Assembly: GCA_040753955.1 (NCBI GenBank)
Contig: JBFMDQ010000002.1
Location: forward strand, 6,592-70,591
Length of the DNA: 64,000 bases
Direction of reading: 5' to 3'
From: Nitrospirota bacterium
Lineage (GTDB): Bacteria; Nitrospirota; Thermodesulfovibrionia; Thermodesulfovibrionales; SM23-35
The notes below the pieces were generated by a model. The model worked only from the letters and a program-made list of their open reading frames with translations. It had not been told where the DNA came from and ran no database searches. A program made the position numbers and the translations under genes. Below are positions 55,459-64,000 of the stretch, in pieces; position 1 is the stretch's first letter; each line of letters begins with the position of its first letter.

Positions 55459-56319
55459 TCAAATAAGTGTCTCGACAACTTTACACCAGTTAGCAGAACC
55501 CATCTCTCTGGCTGCAGAAAGGGCTCTTTCCTTTGACCCAAAAACACCAAAGACCGTAGGGCCACTACCACTCATCGCAGAAATTACTGCCCCCCTCTCT
55601 AACAACCTCTCCTTAATTTCGCCAACTATGGGGTATCTTTTAACGACAGCCCTTTCGAGGTCGTTATTAAGCATGGTGTTGAGACAGGTAAAATCCCTTT
55701 TCCTTAGGACTTGACAAAAAAGTTTAATATCAACTGTTGTCTTTGTCAATGGTTCGGCAGGCTCACCATATATCCTGAGCTTGTCGAAGGATTCATAAGC
55801 CCATGCCGTAGAAACAGAGACAGGAGGTTTCACAAGAAGAAATACAATGGAGGAGTTAATTTTAAGAGGAGTTACCTTTTCGCCCCTACCTTCCACAAAG
55901 GCAGAAGGACCATTCAGAAAAAAAGGGACATCTGAACCTATTTCTAAACCTATTAAGCTTAATTCCCTATTATTTAATCCAAGATTCCATAGCTTGTTAA
56001 GCCCTAAAAGTGTATACGCAGCATCGCTACTTCCCCCCCCAAGCCCGGCCCCAACAGGTATGTTTTTACGCAAGATTATCTTTGCCCCCTTCTTGCAGGA
56101 GGTATGTCTCTTGAGCAGAGATGCGGCCCTATAAACGAGATTATCCTCAAGAGGTATATCTAAATCACTTATCACCTCTATAGTATTTTCATGATTAAAG
56201 AGCAGATCATCATAAAGCCTTATGCACTGCATCAGGCTCCTAATATCATGGTAGCCATTATCCCTCTTTCTGAGAACTGTAAGAAACCAGTTTATTTTTG
56301 CAGGGGCCCTCAATCTCAT
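55459..56319 (-). CDS. ispE: 4-diphosphocytidyl-2-C-methyl-D-erythritol kinase
   Basis: APAKINWFL and the GHMP kinase motif PVGAGLGGGSSDAA. Confidence 0.9.
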   Translation of the reverse strand: MRLRAPAKINWFLTVLRKRDNGYHDIRSLMQCIRLYDDLLFNHENTIEVISDLDIPLEDNLVYRAASLLKRHTSCKKGAKIILRKNIPVGAGLGGGSSDAAYTLLGLNKLWNLGLNNRELSLIGLEIGSDVPFFLNGPSAFVEGRGEKVTPLKINSSIVFLLVKPPVSVSTAWAYESFDKLRIYGEPAEPLTKTTVDIKLFCQVLRKRDFTCLNTMLNNDLERAVVKRYPIVGEIKERLLERGAVISAMSGSGPTVFGVFGSKERALSAAREMGSANWCKVVETLI

Positions 56320-57998
56320 TTTAGACTTTGAATCTTCTTCTCAATCCTCTCTTTAAGTCCTTCCTCTTTTTCATGAAACTCGATCGCCCTTTTCCAGAAT
56401 TCCCTAGCCTTATCATTAAGACCTTTCGAGTTATATACATCTCCTATATGTTCGAGTATAACGGGGTCATCCTTTACCATTTCGGCAGCCCTGAGAAGAA
56501 TCTTCAGCGCCTCATCATATTGCCCTAATTTGTAATAAACCCATCCCAGGCTATCTATGATATAGCCACTGTCAGGCTTGAGCTCAAGCGCCCTGCTGAT
56601 AAGTGAATGTGCCTCTTCAAGGTTTATACCTCTTTCAGTATAGCTATAACCGAGATAATTGAGGGCATCTGCATGTTTTGGATTAATCTCTATCACCTTC
56701 TTGAGGTATTTCACCATCTCATCATGTCTATTTGTTTTATCAAATACTATGGCAAGATTAAAGTTTAATTCATCATTGTCTTCAAAACGGCTAAGTGCAT
56801 CCTTCAGGACCGCCTCTGCCTTTGCATAATCCTTTTTATGGAGATGAGTTACTGCGAGGTACAGATAAACCTCAGGCTTCTCTTTCTCAAAGCTCAGTAT
56901 CTCTTCATAAACAGCAATCGCATCATCATCCCTCTCCAGCTTTGAATATACATATCCGAGATGAAGGAAGACACCCAGATTTCTCGGCTCCTGCAGAATT
57001 ATCTTTTTTAACTCTGAAATAGCCTCTTCATTTCTCCCTATTTCCCCAAGGGATAGTGCAAGATAGTATCGTATAGGGGTATCTTCAGGTCTTGCCTCAA
57101 GTACGATCCTGAATTCTTCAATAGCCCTATCATACTGCCTGTCCTCAAAATAAAGTATTCCAAGCCTTACATGAATATCAATGTTTGTAGGCACCTGGGC
57201 ACTCATCTCTTCGAACTGCCTTATTGCCTTATCCATTGTCTTCTGTTTGATATAGATCTGTGCAAGCCTTTCCCTGGCCTGGAGGTTGTGTGGGTTTATA
57301 GCGATTGCCTTACTGTAATACTCCTCCGCCTCTTTAAGGTTGCCTCTGATCTCACTGATAAGCCCCAGGTTGAGATATGCTGCATCAAAATTGGGTCTCT
57401 GCTCTATTGCCCTCTTGAAATATTCTGAGGCCTTTTCAAGATCATTTTTATCGATATATATTAAACCGAGATAATAAAGTGCAATCAGGTTATCAGGGTA
57501 CCTTTCGATAAGTTTCTCAAGAATTTCGATAGCCTTATCATATTCCTGCCTGTTAGTATAGAGAGCACTCAGAAAAATGGCTGCTTCCTGATTATCTGGC
57601 TGTATCTTAAGAACCTTCTCGTATATATTTATTGACTCTTCAGACCTCCTCTTACTGTTATAAAGCTCGCCTAAAAGCATAAGTGCTGGAATATAGTCAG
57701 GTTCTGTCTTAATGATATTCTCAGCAAGTGATATGGCCTCCATCACCTTTCCAGTCCTGAGAAGGACATAACTAATCTGTGTCTTGAGATAAGGAGATGA
57801 GGGATCCAGGTTAAGGGCTTCATTATAATGCTTAAGGGCATCCTCCCACCTCCCCTGCCTTTCTGCATTATAGCCGAGGATATAAAAATAGTAAGCATCC
57901 CCTGGGGGAAGGGGCTTTTCTTCATGCAGCCTGGCCTCTTTTGCTGTGCATGAAACCAGCAGGACAAGTAAAAAGAGCAGTACTATCTTGAATCTCAT
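56316..57998 (-). CDS. TPR-repeat lipoprotein
   Basis: Lipobox LLVSC followed by more than 10 TPR repeats. Confidence 0.8.
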   Translation of the reverse strand: MRFKIVLLFLLVLLVSCTAKEARLHEEKPLPPGDAYYFYILGYNAERQGRWEDALKHYNEALNLDPSSPYLKTQISYVLLRTGKVMEAISLAENIIKTEPDYIPALMLLGELYNSKRRSEESINIYEKVLKIQPDNQEAAIFLSALYTNRQEYDKAIEILEKLIERYPDNLIALYYLGLIYIDKNDLEKASEYFKRAIEQRPNFDAAYLNLGLISEIRGNLKEAEEYYSKAIAINPHNLQARERLAQIYIKQKTMDKAIRQFEEMSAQVPTNIDIHVRLGILYFEDRQYDRAIEEFRIVLEARPEDTPIRYYLALSLGEIGRNEEAISELKKIILQEPRNLGVFLHLGYVYSKLERDDDAIAVYEEILSFEKEKPEVYLYLAVTHLHKKDYAKAEAVLKDALSRFEDNDELNFNLAIVFDKTNRHDEMVKYLKKVIEINPKHADALNYLGYSYTERGINLEEAHSLISRALELKPDSGYIIDSLGWVYYKLGQYDEALKILLRAAEMVKDDPVILEHIGDVYNSKGLNDKAREFWKRAIEFHEKEEGLKERIEKKIQSLK

Positions 57999-58007
57999 GG
58001 TTAATTA

Positions 58008-60020
58008 TTGCACAAAGATAAGATTGATAACAATATGATAAAATCCTCTATGGAGTTTCTCGATATCCTCTTTCCCATAAACCTCGGCCCTTTTACCTAT
58101 AGATGCCCTGATGAACTCTCAGGAGATGCAGAACCTGGCATGATTGTAAGTGCACCCTTTAGAAACAGAATCGCAAAAGGGATTATCACAGGAAAGTCTT
58201 TAACAGTCCCATCTGGTGATGTAAAGGATATTCATGAGGTCTATGGTGATGCCCCGGTATTAAGCAGTAAGATGATTAACCTCCTCAGATGGATGTCGGA
58301 ATACTACCTGACAGAAAAGGGTGCCGTGCTAAAAACCATGCTCCCAAAAGAGGCATTTACAAGGGTAAGACCGAGAAAGGCAAAAATCCCCCCTTACACC
58401 CCTTCGATTCCCCCCTTATCAAGGGGGGACACAGAGGGGTCAAGGGGGGGCTGGGGGGATTATGTTATCGCTGTTGATGACAGGAGTGCATCTACAATTG
58501 TAGATTCAATAAATAAGAAAGATTATGAAGCCTTTCTTCTTCATGCCCCATCCTCTGCATATGAATACTCTTTTATATTGAAAATACTTACCAAAACTGA
58601 GAATGTAATCATCCTCATTCCTGAGGTCTCTCAGATCGATCCCTTTTATGACCTCTTAAAAGAAAGGTTTGGAGAAAGGGTATGCCTTCTACACAGTGGG
58701 CTGAGTAGGGGCAAAAGGTCTGAGGCGATAGAGAGGATTCTGTCAGGCAGTTCTGACATCGTGCTCGGCACAAGGTCTGCTGTCTTCGCACCTCTGAAAA
58801 AAGCCTCCTTCATTGCCGTACTCCATGAACATAGCAGCTCTTATAAACAAGGAGAGGGCCTCCGTTACAGCGGAAGGGATGTTGCAGTAATGAGAGGCTA
58901 TCTTGAAAGGGCAACCGTACTTCTTTCATCCATCTGTCCCTCCATCGAATCTCTCTATAATTGTAGATCGGGTAAATACAATTTAGTAAAACCAGAAGGA
59001 GATATTAAAAAACCCAGGGTGAGGGTGATAGATATGAAACATGAAAAACTTCTCAAGCCATATCTATCGAAGAGAGTTATTGATGCCTCTATGAGATATA
59101 TTAAAAATGATAAAAAAGTAATGTTCTTGATAAACAGAAGGGGATACTCACTCCTGCAGTGCACTGAATGTAATTACATACAAGAATGTCCCGACTGCAG
59201 AATTCCCCTGGTCTTCCATAAACATGACTCCTCTCTAAAGTGCCATTATTGCGGATATATATCTAATGTGCCTGAGGGTTGCCCCAGATGTAAAGGCTAT
59301 AGCATAAAGCTCCTCGGTACAGGCACCCAGAGGGTCCGGGAAGACATCGAAGAACTCCTGGGGATGGAAACCCTCAGGCTTGACAGTGACGTGTCCAGGA
59401 AAAGATCAGAGGTAGAAGGATTGATTGGGGCTATGTATAAAGACGATGTGAGGATAATCGTCGGGACAAAATTCATGACAAGGAGGCTGGTTCCTGAATC
59501 AAGTTCAGGATCTGGAGGATTCTCCGTGGCAGCTATTCTGAATACAGACCTTTTCCTTAATCTCCCTGATTTCAGATCTGTTGAAAAGGCATATCAGGAA
59601 ATCTCATCCATAATAGATAAAATCGAGCCCCAGGGAGAAATATTCATCCAGACAAGGATGCCACAGAACTACCTGTTTAAATACTTGAAAGATTATAATT
59701 ATGATTCATTCTTTAGAGAAGAACTAAGCAGACGCGAGTCCCTCCGTTATCCTCCATATTCAAGGCTTTTACTCATTAAATTTATAAGTAAGAGAGACCT
59801 GTCTAAGAAGCTATCAGGTATTATTGAAAGGACAGATAAAGACGTAGAAATCCTCGGTCCATCTCTATCAAAAGATACCCATGGCAGACAGGAGTTCAGG
59901 CTGCTCCTGAAGTCCCATCTTCGGTGGGAGCTTCATGCTGCTGCAAAAACCTTTATGGAGACATTCAAAGAGTCAAAGGGTGTGAAGATAAAAATTGATG
60001 TTGATCCTATATCAATTTAG
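58008..60020 (+). CDS. priA: primosomal protein N' (PriA) homologue with degenerate ATPase motifs
   Basis: PriA scaffold: LHSGLSRGKRSEA, GTRSAVF, SSSYKQ, and Cys-rich zinc region CTECNYIQECPDCRIPLVFHKHDSSLKCHYCGY...CPRCKG. However, Walker A reads HAPSSAYEYS and the DEEH box reads VLHEH. The likely true start is the ATG at 58035 or 58050. Confidence 0.8.
   Translation: MHKDKIDNNMIKSSMEFLDILFPINLGPFTYRCPDELSGDAEPGMIVSAPFRNRIAKGIITGKSLTVPSGDVKDIHEVYGDAPVLSSKMINLLRWMSEYYLTEKGAVLKTMLPKEAFTRVRPRKAKIPPYTPSIPPLSRGDTEGSRGGWGDYVIAVDDRSASTIVDSINKKDYEAFLLHAPSSAYEYSFILKILTKTENVIILIPEVSQIDPFYDLLKERFGERVCLLHSGLSRGKRSEAIERILSGSSDIVLGTRSAVFAPLKKASFIAVLHEHSSSYKQGEGLRYSGRDVAVMRGYLERATVLLSSICPSIESLYNCRSGKYNLVKPEGDIKKPRVRVIDMKHEKLLKPYLSKRVIDASMRYIKNDKKVMFLINRRGYSLLQCTECNYIQECPDCRIPLVFHKHDSSLKCHYCGYISNVPEGCPRCKGYSIKLLGTGTQRVREDIEELLGMETLRLDSDVSRKRSEVEGLIGAMYKDDVRIIVGTKFMTRRLVPESSSGSGGFSVAAILNTDLFLNLPDFRSVEKAYQEISSIIDKIEPQGEIFIQTRMPQNYLFKYLKDYNYDSFFREELSRRESLRYPPYSRLLLIKFISKRDLSKKLSGIIERTDKDVEILGPSLSKDTHGRQEFRLLLKSHLRWELHAAAKTFMETFKESKGVKIKIDVDPISI
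58387..58460. repeat. C-run/G-run hairpin repeat inserted in frame in priA
   Basis: TCCCCCCTTACACCCC...TTCCCCCCTT-ATC-AAGGGGGGA-CACAGAGGGGTCAAGGGGGGGCTGGGGGGA encodes IPPYTPSIPPLSRGDTEGSRGGWGD. It is related to 8294-8326. Confidence 0.6.
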
Positions 60021-60951
60021 GATTCTTGCTGCTCAGGATTTCCTTAGCATGTTCAATATCATTCCTAATTTGTGTTTCGAGGCTGAAGACACCAGGGAAG
60101 AACCTTTCGCTCCTTATCCAATCTATAAAATATATCCTTATATCCTCTCCCAGAAGGTCACCTGAAAAATTGAATAAATGGACCTCGTAACTCATAACAG
60201 AACCACCGAATGTCGGTCTTCGCCCGATATTTGCAACCCCGTCGAAGAATTTGCCCTTAAAGCCAACCCTCACAGCATATACACCTTCCTTTGGAACAAG
60301 CTCATCAGGAGTAGTTATATTTGCTGTAGGGACGTTCAAGAACTTGCTGCCCCTGCCAGTGCCTCGTATAACTTCTCCCTCTATTGAATACGCTCTTCCA
60401 AGAAAGGCTGATACCTCGTGGACCTTCCCTTTTTGGAGGAGCATTCTGATCTTGCTGCTGCTCACAATATCCCCGTCAAGCTCCACACTCCTCACCACCT
60501 TGACTCTAAACCCTAACTCCCTTCCCCTTTTCCTTAAAAGCTCTGTCGTTCCTTTTCTGTTCTTGCCAAAGGCACAATCAGGACCTACAACAATCTCCAC
60601 GGCATTTATTTTCTTTACAAGCACATCTTCAATAAACGCATCAGGAGAAAGATTTGCAAAGGCTCTGTTGAACTCTATGCACAACAGGACATCAATGCCG
60701 ATTGCCTCCAATATTCTCGCCTTCTCTTTGAAGGTCATGAGCATCTTTAATTCCTTTTCAGGCGCAAGAACCTTTAATGGATGAGGTTCGAAGGTGACAG
60801 CCATTGATGTCCCTTCAATCTCCTCAGCCCTTTTGATTACCCAGAGGAGTATCCTCTGATGGCCAAGGTGGATACCATCAAAATTGCCTATTGTGAGAAC
60901 TGTATTGGGGTAGTTCTCTCGCAAGGCTTCAAGACCTCTGATTACTTCCAT
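60007..60951 (-). CDS. ribF: bifunctional riboflavin kinase / FMN adenylyltransferase
   Basis: IGNFDGIHLGHQ in the N-terminal FAD synthetase part, and PTANI...GVYA...GRRPTF in the kinase part. Confidence 0.9.
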   Translation of the reverse strand: MEVIRGLEALRENYPNTVLTIGNFDGIHLGHQRILLWVIKRAEEIEGTSMAVTFEPHPLKVLAPEKELKMLMTFKEKARILEAIGIDVLLCIEFNRAFANLSPDAFIEDVLVKKINAVEIVVGPDCAFGKNRKGTTELLRKRGRELGFRVKVVRSVELDGDIVSSSKIRMLLQKGKVHEVSAFLGRAYSIEGEVIRGTGRGSKFLNVPTANITTPDELVPKEGVYAVRVGFKGKFFDGVANIGRRPTFGGSVMSYEVHLFNFSGDLLGEDIRIYFIDWIRSERFFPGVFSLETQIRNDIEHAKEILSSKNPKLI

Positions 60952-61549
60952 CTCCTGCCTCTTCTAAAAGCTTTTTATATGCTACCTTTACCTGTGCCAT
61001 TGTCTCTTCAATAGTTCCATTGTTGTCTATTAAAAAATCAGCCCGCTTTAACTTCTCTTCTATCGGAAGCTGGGCGTTCAACCTTAGAAGCGCTTCTTCT
61101 CTCGAAATACCATGTTTTTCCAGACGATCTATTGCGTTCTCCTCCTTCGTATGCACAACAACCGTCCTGTCAAACTTGCTTTCGTATCCCCTCTCATATA
61201 TGAGAGGTGCTGCGATTATTAAGACCTTATCTTTATCTTTCGCGCGTATATCATCAGAGAAATACTTTATTTTTTCGAATACAAGGGGGTGAAGAATATC
61301 CTCGAGGGAATGCCTTAAGAGATCATTTCTAAAGATTATATCTGCAACCTTTTTCTTGTTCAGGCTATCATTTTTATCGAATACTTTGTCACCCAGGAGT
61401 TTCCGTATTTTTCTGAGGACATCATTTTCTCTAAGTAGCGCCTCAACAATCTTATCTGTATTGAGAGTAATTGCGCCGAGATCTCTGAACATATGGAGAA
61501 CCGTACTCTTTCCCATCCCGTAATTCCCTGTTAGTGCAACAAGAAGCAT
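60929..61549 (-). CDS. coaE: dephospho-CoA kinase
   Basis: P-loop LTGNYGMGKST; 206 aa. Confidence 0.9.
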   Translation of the reverse strand: MLLVALTGNYGMGKSTVLHMFRDLGAITLNTDKIVEALLRENDVLRKIRKLLGDKVFDKNDSLNKKKVADIIFRNDLLRHSLEDILHPLVFEKIKYFSDDIRAKDKDKVLIIAAPLIYERGYESKFDRTVVVHTKEENAIDRLEKHGISREEALLRLNAQLPIEEKLKRADFLIDNNGTIEETMAQVKVAYKKLLEEAGDGSNQRS

Positions 61550-61557
61550 GGAGATTA

Positions 61558-62361
61558 TTATACACCAGCCAAAACAACCCCTACCTTTTCGCCAATACTT
61601 ATGCCAAAATTTGATGAAGTACTACCCCTGTACACAAAAAGCTCGAGATAGCCAAAGCTGTTTATTAGTGAATAAAGCCCCTCGTCTTCAGCCTCGGAAT
61701 AGTGATTCTTGAGAGGCACCTCTATGCCTTTCACTAACGCTCTGGGTTTTCCCTCCGGAGTGCTACAGAGTTCATCAATATTTTTAGTCTTTATATTCGT
61801 TATTGCATTTCCGAATCGGTCTATATAAATAACCTCACCTTCAAGTATATTCTTTTCTACCAAAACCGGAGCTGGTACGGGTATTGTTGCATAATCAGTA
61901 ATTGGGTCACCGAATTTTGAAATATCGATACCCTTCGAGAACCAGGCGGCTACAGGGGCAAATATGTCCCTGCCATGGAAGGTTGAGCTCCTCTGGGGCA
62001 AGAAATAATGTTCTGCTGTAATATGTATAACATTAAGGCTTTCACTTAAGTTATAAATCAGAGAAAAAACACCATTATCAGGTCCTACAAAGTAATAGTA
62101 GTCCGTTGTTACGAGAATAGGCCTACGGGCAGAACCCACACCAGGGTCAACAACAACGACATGTATTGACTCGGGAGGAAAAGATTTAAAGCTCATCTCG
62201 ATTGCGATGGCTGCTTCCATGATGTTCTGGGGACCTATATCGTGGGTGATATCTACGATAGTGGCAGCAGGATTTATATCCAGAATTACCCCTTTCATAA
62301 TTCCCACAAAAGGGTCTCTGTAACCGAAATCAGTTGTTAAGGTTATTATAGGATTATGCAT
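61558..62361 (-). CDS. SAM hydrolase / SAM-dependent halogenase family protein (DUF62)
   Basis: ITLTTDFGYRDPFVGIMKGVI N-terminus and VVVDPGVG motif. Confidence 0.8.
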   Translation of the reverse strand: MHNPIITLTTDFGYRDPFVGIMKGVILDINPAATIVDITHDIGPQNIMEAAIAIEMSFKSFPPESIHVVVVDPGVGSARRPILVTTDYYYFVGPDNGVFSLIYNLSESLNVIHITAEHYFLPQRSSTFHGRDIFAPVAAWFSKGIDISKFGDPITDYATIPVPAPVLVEKNILEGEVIYIDRFGNAITNIKTKNIDELCSTPEGKPRALVKGIEVPLKNHYSEAEDEGLYSLINSFGYLELFVYRGSTSSNFGISIGEKVGVVLAGV

Positions 62362-63265
62362 TATTCATACCCCCGATGATTTCTTTCACACCCCTCATGC
62401 CTTTTTTCCCCAAATATCCCTCAATCCCACTGATAATAGCAACAGTTGCCTCAGGGTTCACAAAATTGGCAGTTCCCACCGCCACAGCAGTGGCACCGGC
62501 GAGCATAAATTCAATAGCATCCTCGGCACTCATAATACCACCCATACCAATTATCGGAATCTTTACAGCATTGTAAGTCTCCCAGACCATCCTCACAGCT
62601 ATCGGTTTGATTGCAGGGCCTGACAGACCACCTGTAATATTTGCGAGTTTTGGCCTCCATGTCTCAATATCGATAGCCATTCCGGGTATGGTATTAATGA
62701 GAGATACAGCATCACTACCAGAGTCTTCTGCTATCTTTGAAAATTCCTGAATATTCGATACGCTCGGAGATAATTTTGTAATCAGAACCGCCCTTTTTAC
62801 CGATTGCCTCACCTTTGATATAAGCATTGCAAGTGTCTTCTTATCGGTGCCGAAGATCATTTCTGCCTTTTTCACATTCGGACATGAGACATTAAGTTCT
62901 ATTCCGTCCACACCTGCATTATCCAAGGCCTCCGAAAGCCTCACATACTCCTGCACAGTGTTGCCGAGGATATTGACTATCACTGGCGTGTCGAATCTTC
63001 TCAGATAAGGCAGCTTCTCTTTCAAAAATCTTCTCAGCCCGACATTCTGGAGGCCAATTGTATTCAGCATTCCACATGGTGTTTCGCATATCCTCGGAGG
63101 TGGATTGCCCTCCCTTGGCTCTAATGATATGCCCTTAACCACAACAGCACCGAGCCTATTCAGGTCAACAAATTCCGAATATTCCTCGCCGTATCCAAAG
63201 GTTCCAGAGGCGGTCATAACAGGGTTTTTGAGTTTAAGATGACCTATGGAAACACTCAAATCCAT
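62354..63265 (-). CDS. pyrD: dihydroorotate dehydrogenase (class 1B) catalytic subunit
   Basis: MTASGTFGYG, NVSCPN and GGI...A motifs. I prefer the ATG at 63265 (MDLSVSIG), because the upstream 32 codons of the ORF are hairpin-repeat DNA. Confidence 0.9.
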   Translation of the reverse strand: MDLSVSIGHLKLKNPVMTASGTFGYGEEYSEFVDLNRLGAVVVKGISLEPREGNPPPRICETPCGMLNTIGLQNVGLRRFLKEKLPYLRRFDTPVIVNILGNTVQEYVRLSEALDNAGVDGIELNVSCPNVKKAEMIFGTDKKTLAMLISKVRQSVKRAVLITKLSPSVSNIQEFSKIAEDSGSDAVSLINTIPGMAIDIETWRPKLANITGGLSGPAIKPIAVRMVWETYNAVKIPIIGMGGIMSAEDAIEFMLAGATAVAVGTANFVNPEATVAIISGIEGYLGKKGMRGVKEIIGGMNNA

Positions 63266-63283
63266 AGTATTCTCTCTGTTTCT

Positions 63284-63342
63284 GTCATTTCGGCTTGTCC
63301 GAAATCCTTCTTCAAGAAAGATTCCCGACAAGCGGGAATGAC
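63284..63342. repeat. double-hairpin palindromic element in the pyrK-pyrD spacer
   Basis: GTCATTTCGG-CTTGT-CCGAAAT ... ATTCCCG-ACAAG-CGGGAATGAC. It forms two 7-bp hairpins with complementary outer ends. Confidence 0.65.
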
Positions 63343-63354
63343 GTAAGTGGCTCC

Positions 63355-64000
63355 TCACCATACAATCTCTTCAATCGGAAATACTGGCCCATCCTTACAC
63401 ACCATTTTATAAATTTGACTTTTGACTTTTGACTTTTGACTTTTGACTTTTATTGCACATCCCAGGCATGCACCAACCCCACATGCCATGTTCTCCTCAG
63501 CAGAGATATAGCCCTTTATCCCTCTTCCAAGAGCAATTCTGGATACAGCCTCAAGCATTGGTTTAGGACCACAAGCATAAATTAAGTGAGAAGTGAGAAG
63601 TGAGAAGTGAGAAGTGAGAAAATTATTTAAAACGTCAACAATTGTTCCTTTTTCCCCAAAAGAGCCATCGTCGGTGCTTATAATCAGTTCGCCTGCTAAT
63701 TCTTCCAATCCATCGAGCATCAGAAGCCCTTCTTTATCCTTTGCACCGTAAAATACGTATGCCCTTTTTGCAAAGGCCTCCACGAGAGAAAAGACAGACG
63801 CGATACCCATACCACCTGCGATAAGTAAAGGCGTCTTATCACCTCCTGGTTCTGGGTATCCCTTACCGAGGGGGCCAAGGATATTTATAACCTCACCATC
63901 TCTGAAGCCCTTCATCATCATGGTACCCTTGCCTCTCACCTCGTATAAAAACTGAATTCCCTCTGATGTTTTTCTGAAAAAGCTAAAAGGTCTCTTGAGA
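63355..64000 (-). CDS. pyrK: dihydroorotate dehydrogenase electron-transfer subunit (5' partial; continues beyond the window)
   Basis: GPLGKGYP, and 2Fe-2S ligands CGVGACLGC...C in the context MACGVGACLGCAI...MVCKDGPVF. The frame is open to the window edge. Confidence 0.85.
   Translation of the reverse strand, partial: LKRPFSFFRKTSEGIQFLYEVRGKGTMMMKGFRDGEVINILGPLGKGYPEPGGDKTPLLIAGGMGIASVFSLVEAFAKRAYVFYGAKDKEGLLMLDGLEELAGELIISTDDGSFGEKGTIVDVLNNFLTSHFSLLTSHLIYACGPKPMLEAVSRIALGRGIKGYISAEENMACGVGACLGCAIKVKSQKSKVKSQIYKMVCKDGPVFPIEEIVW
63427..63461. repeat. perfect 5 x 7-nt tandem array (GACTTTT) inside pyrK
   Basis: Read directly from the sequence. It encodes KVKSQKSKVKSQ between the third and fourth Fe-S cysteines. 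Confidence 0.95.
63584..63618. repeat. perfect 5 x 7-nt tandem array (AAGTGAG) inside pyrK
   Basis: Read directly from the sequence. It encodes LTSHFSLLTSH just before the conserved IYACGP. Confidence 0.95.

Noticed and set aside
63427-63618. Tandem 7-mers considered as a possible CRISPR or mini-CRISPR array.
   Set aside because: The units are contiguous 7-nt repeats with no spacers. They lie inside a conserved ORF, and no cas genes are present anywhere in the window.

Overview
This is a 64-kb stretch of a moderately AT-rich bacterial chromosome with no rRNA and three tRNAs (Pro-TGG, Val-GAC, Gln-TTG). I cannot assign a taxon without a database search. Most of the window is housekeeping: thrS-infC-rpmI-rplT-pheS; def-fmt-DUF116-PASTA-rpe; pgsA, aroE, a leuC-like gene with RidA, and an ABC-2 exporter; rpsU-yqeY-NIF3-dnaG; a USP with a P-type ATPase; a disrupted kup behind an intact c-di-AMP (ydaO-type) riboswitch; VKOR/DsbA-ubiA-HAD; mfd, ubiB, moeA, pth-rplY-prs, ispE, priA, ribF-coaE and pyrD-pyrK. 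A histidine cluster (hisG ... hisC ... hisB, minus strand) is broken up by accessory DNA. (i) An AT-rich operon at 32.3-36.0 kb encodes a small ORF, a putative nuclease, a beta-class SPPY methyltransferase and an unusual 630-aa methyltransferase. That protein has a Trm11/THUMP-like N-terminus, and its SAM-binding motif and SPPY motif lie about 190 aa apart. This operon is my best candidate for a non-standard modification/defence system. (ii) An island at 37.6-40.1 kb holds DUF2007, a eukaryotic-like PPP phosphatase and an orphan GHKL ATPase. (iii) A decayed MNT/HepT toxin-antitoxin remnant sits between two diverged 121-bp copies of the hisG 3' end. The window is also rich in small structured repeats. 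These include a modular two-hairpin element with compensatory stem changes (3 copies), a CCCCGTTAGAAA/TTTCTAACGGGG hairpin family in 5' leaders (at least 5 loci), long palindromic inserts, C-run/G-run hairpins that extend ORFs, and 7-nt tandem arrays inside pyrK. Other oddities are a PriA with degenerate Walker A/B motifs, a TGS-less thrS with no canonical start codon, and likely ATT start codons. All functional calls come from motif recognition by eye; no searches or computations were run.
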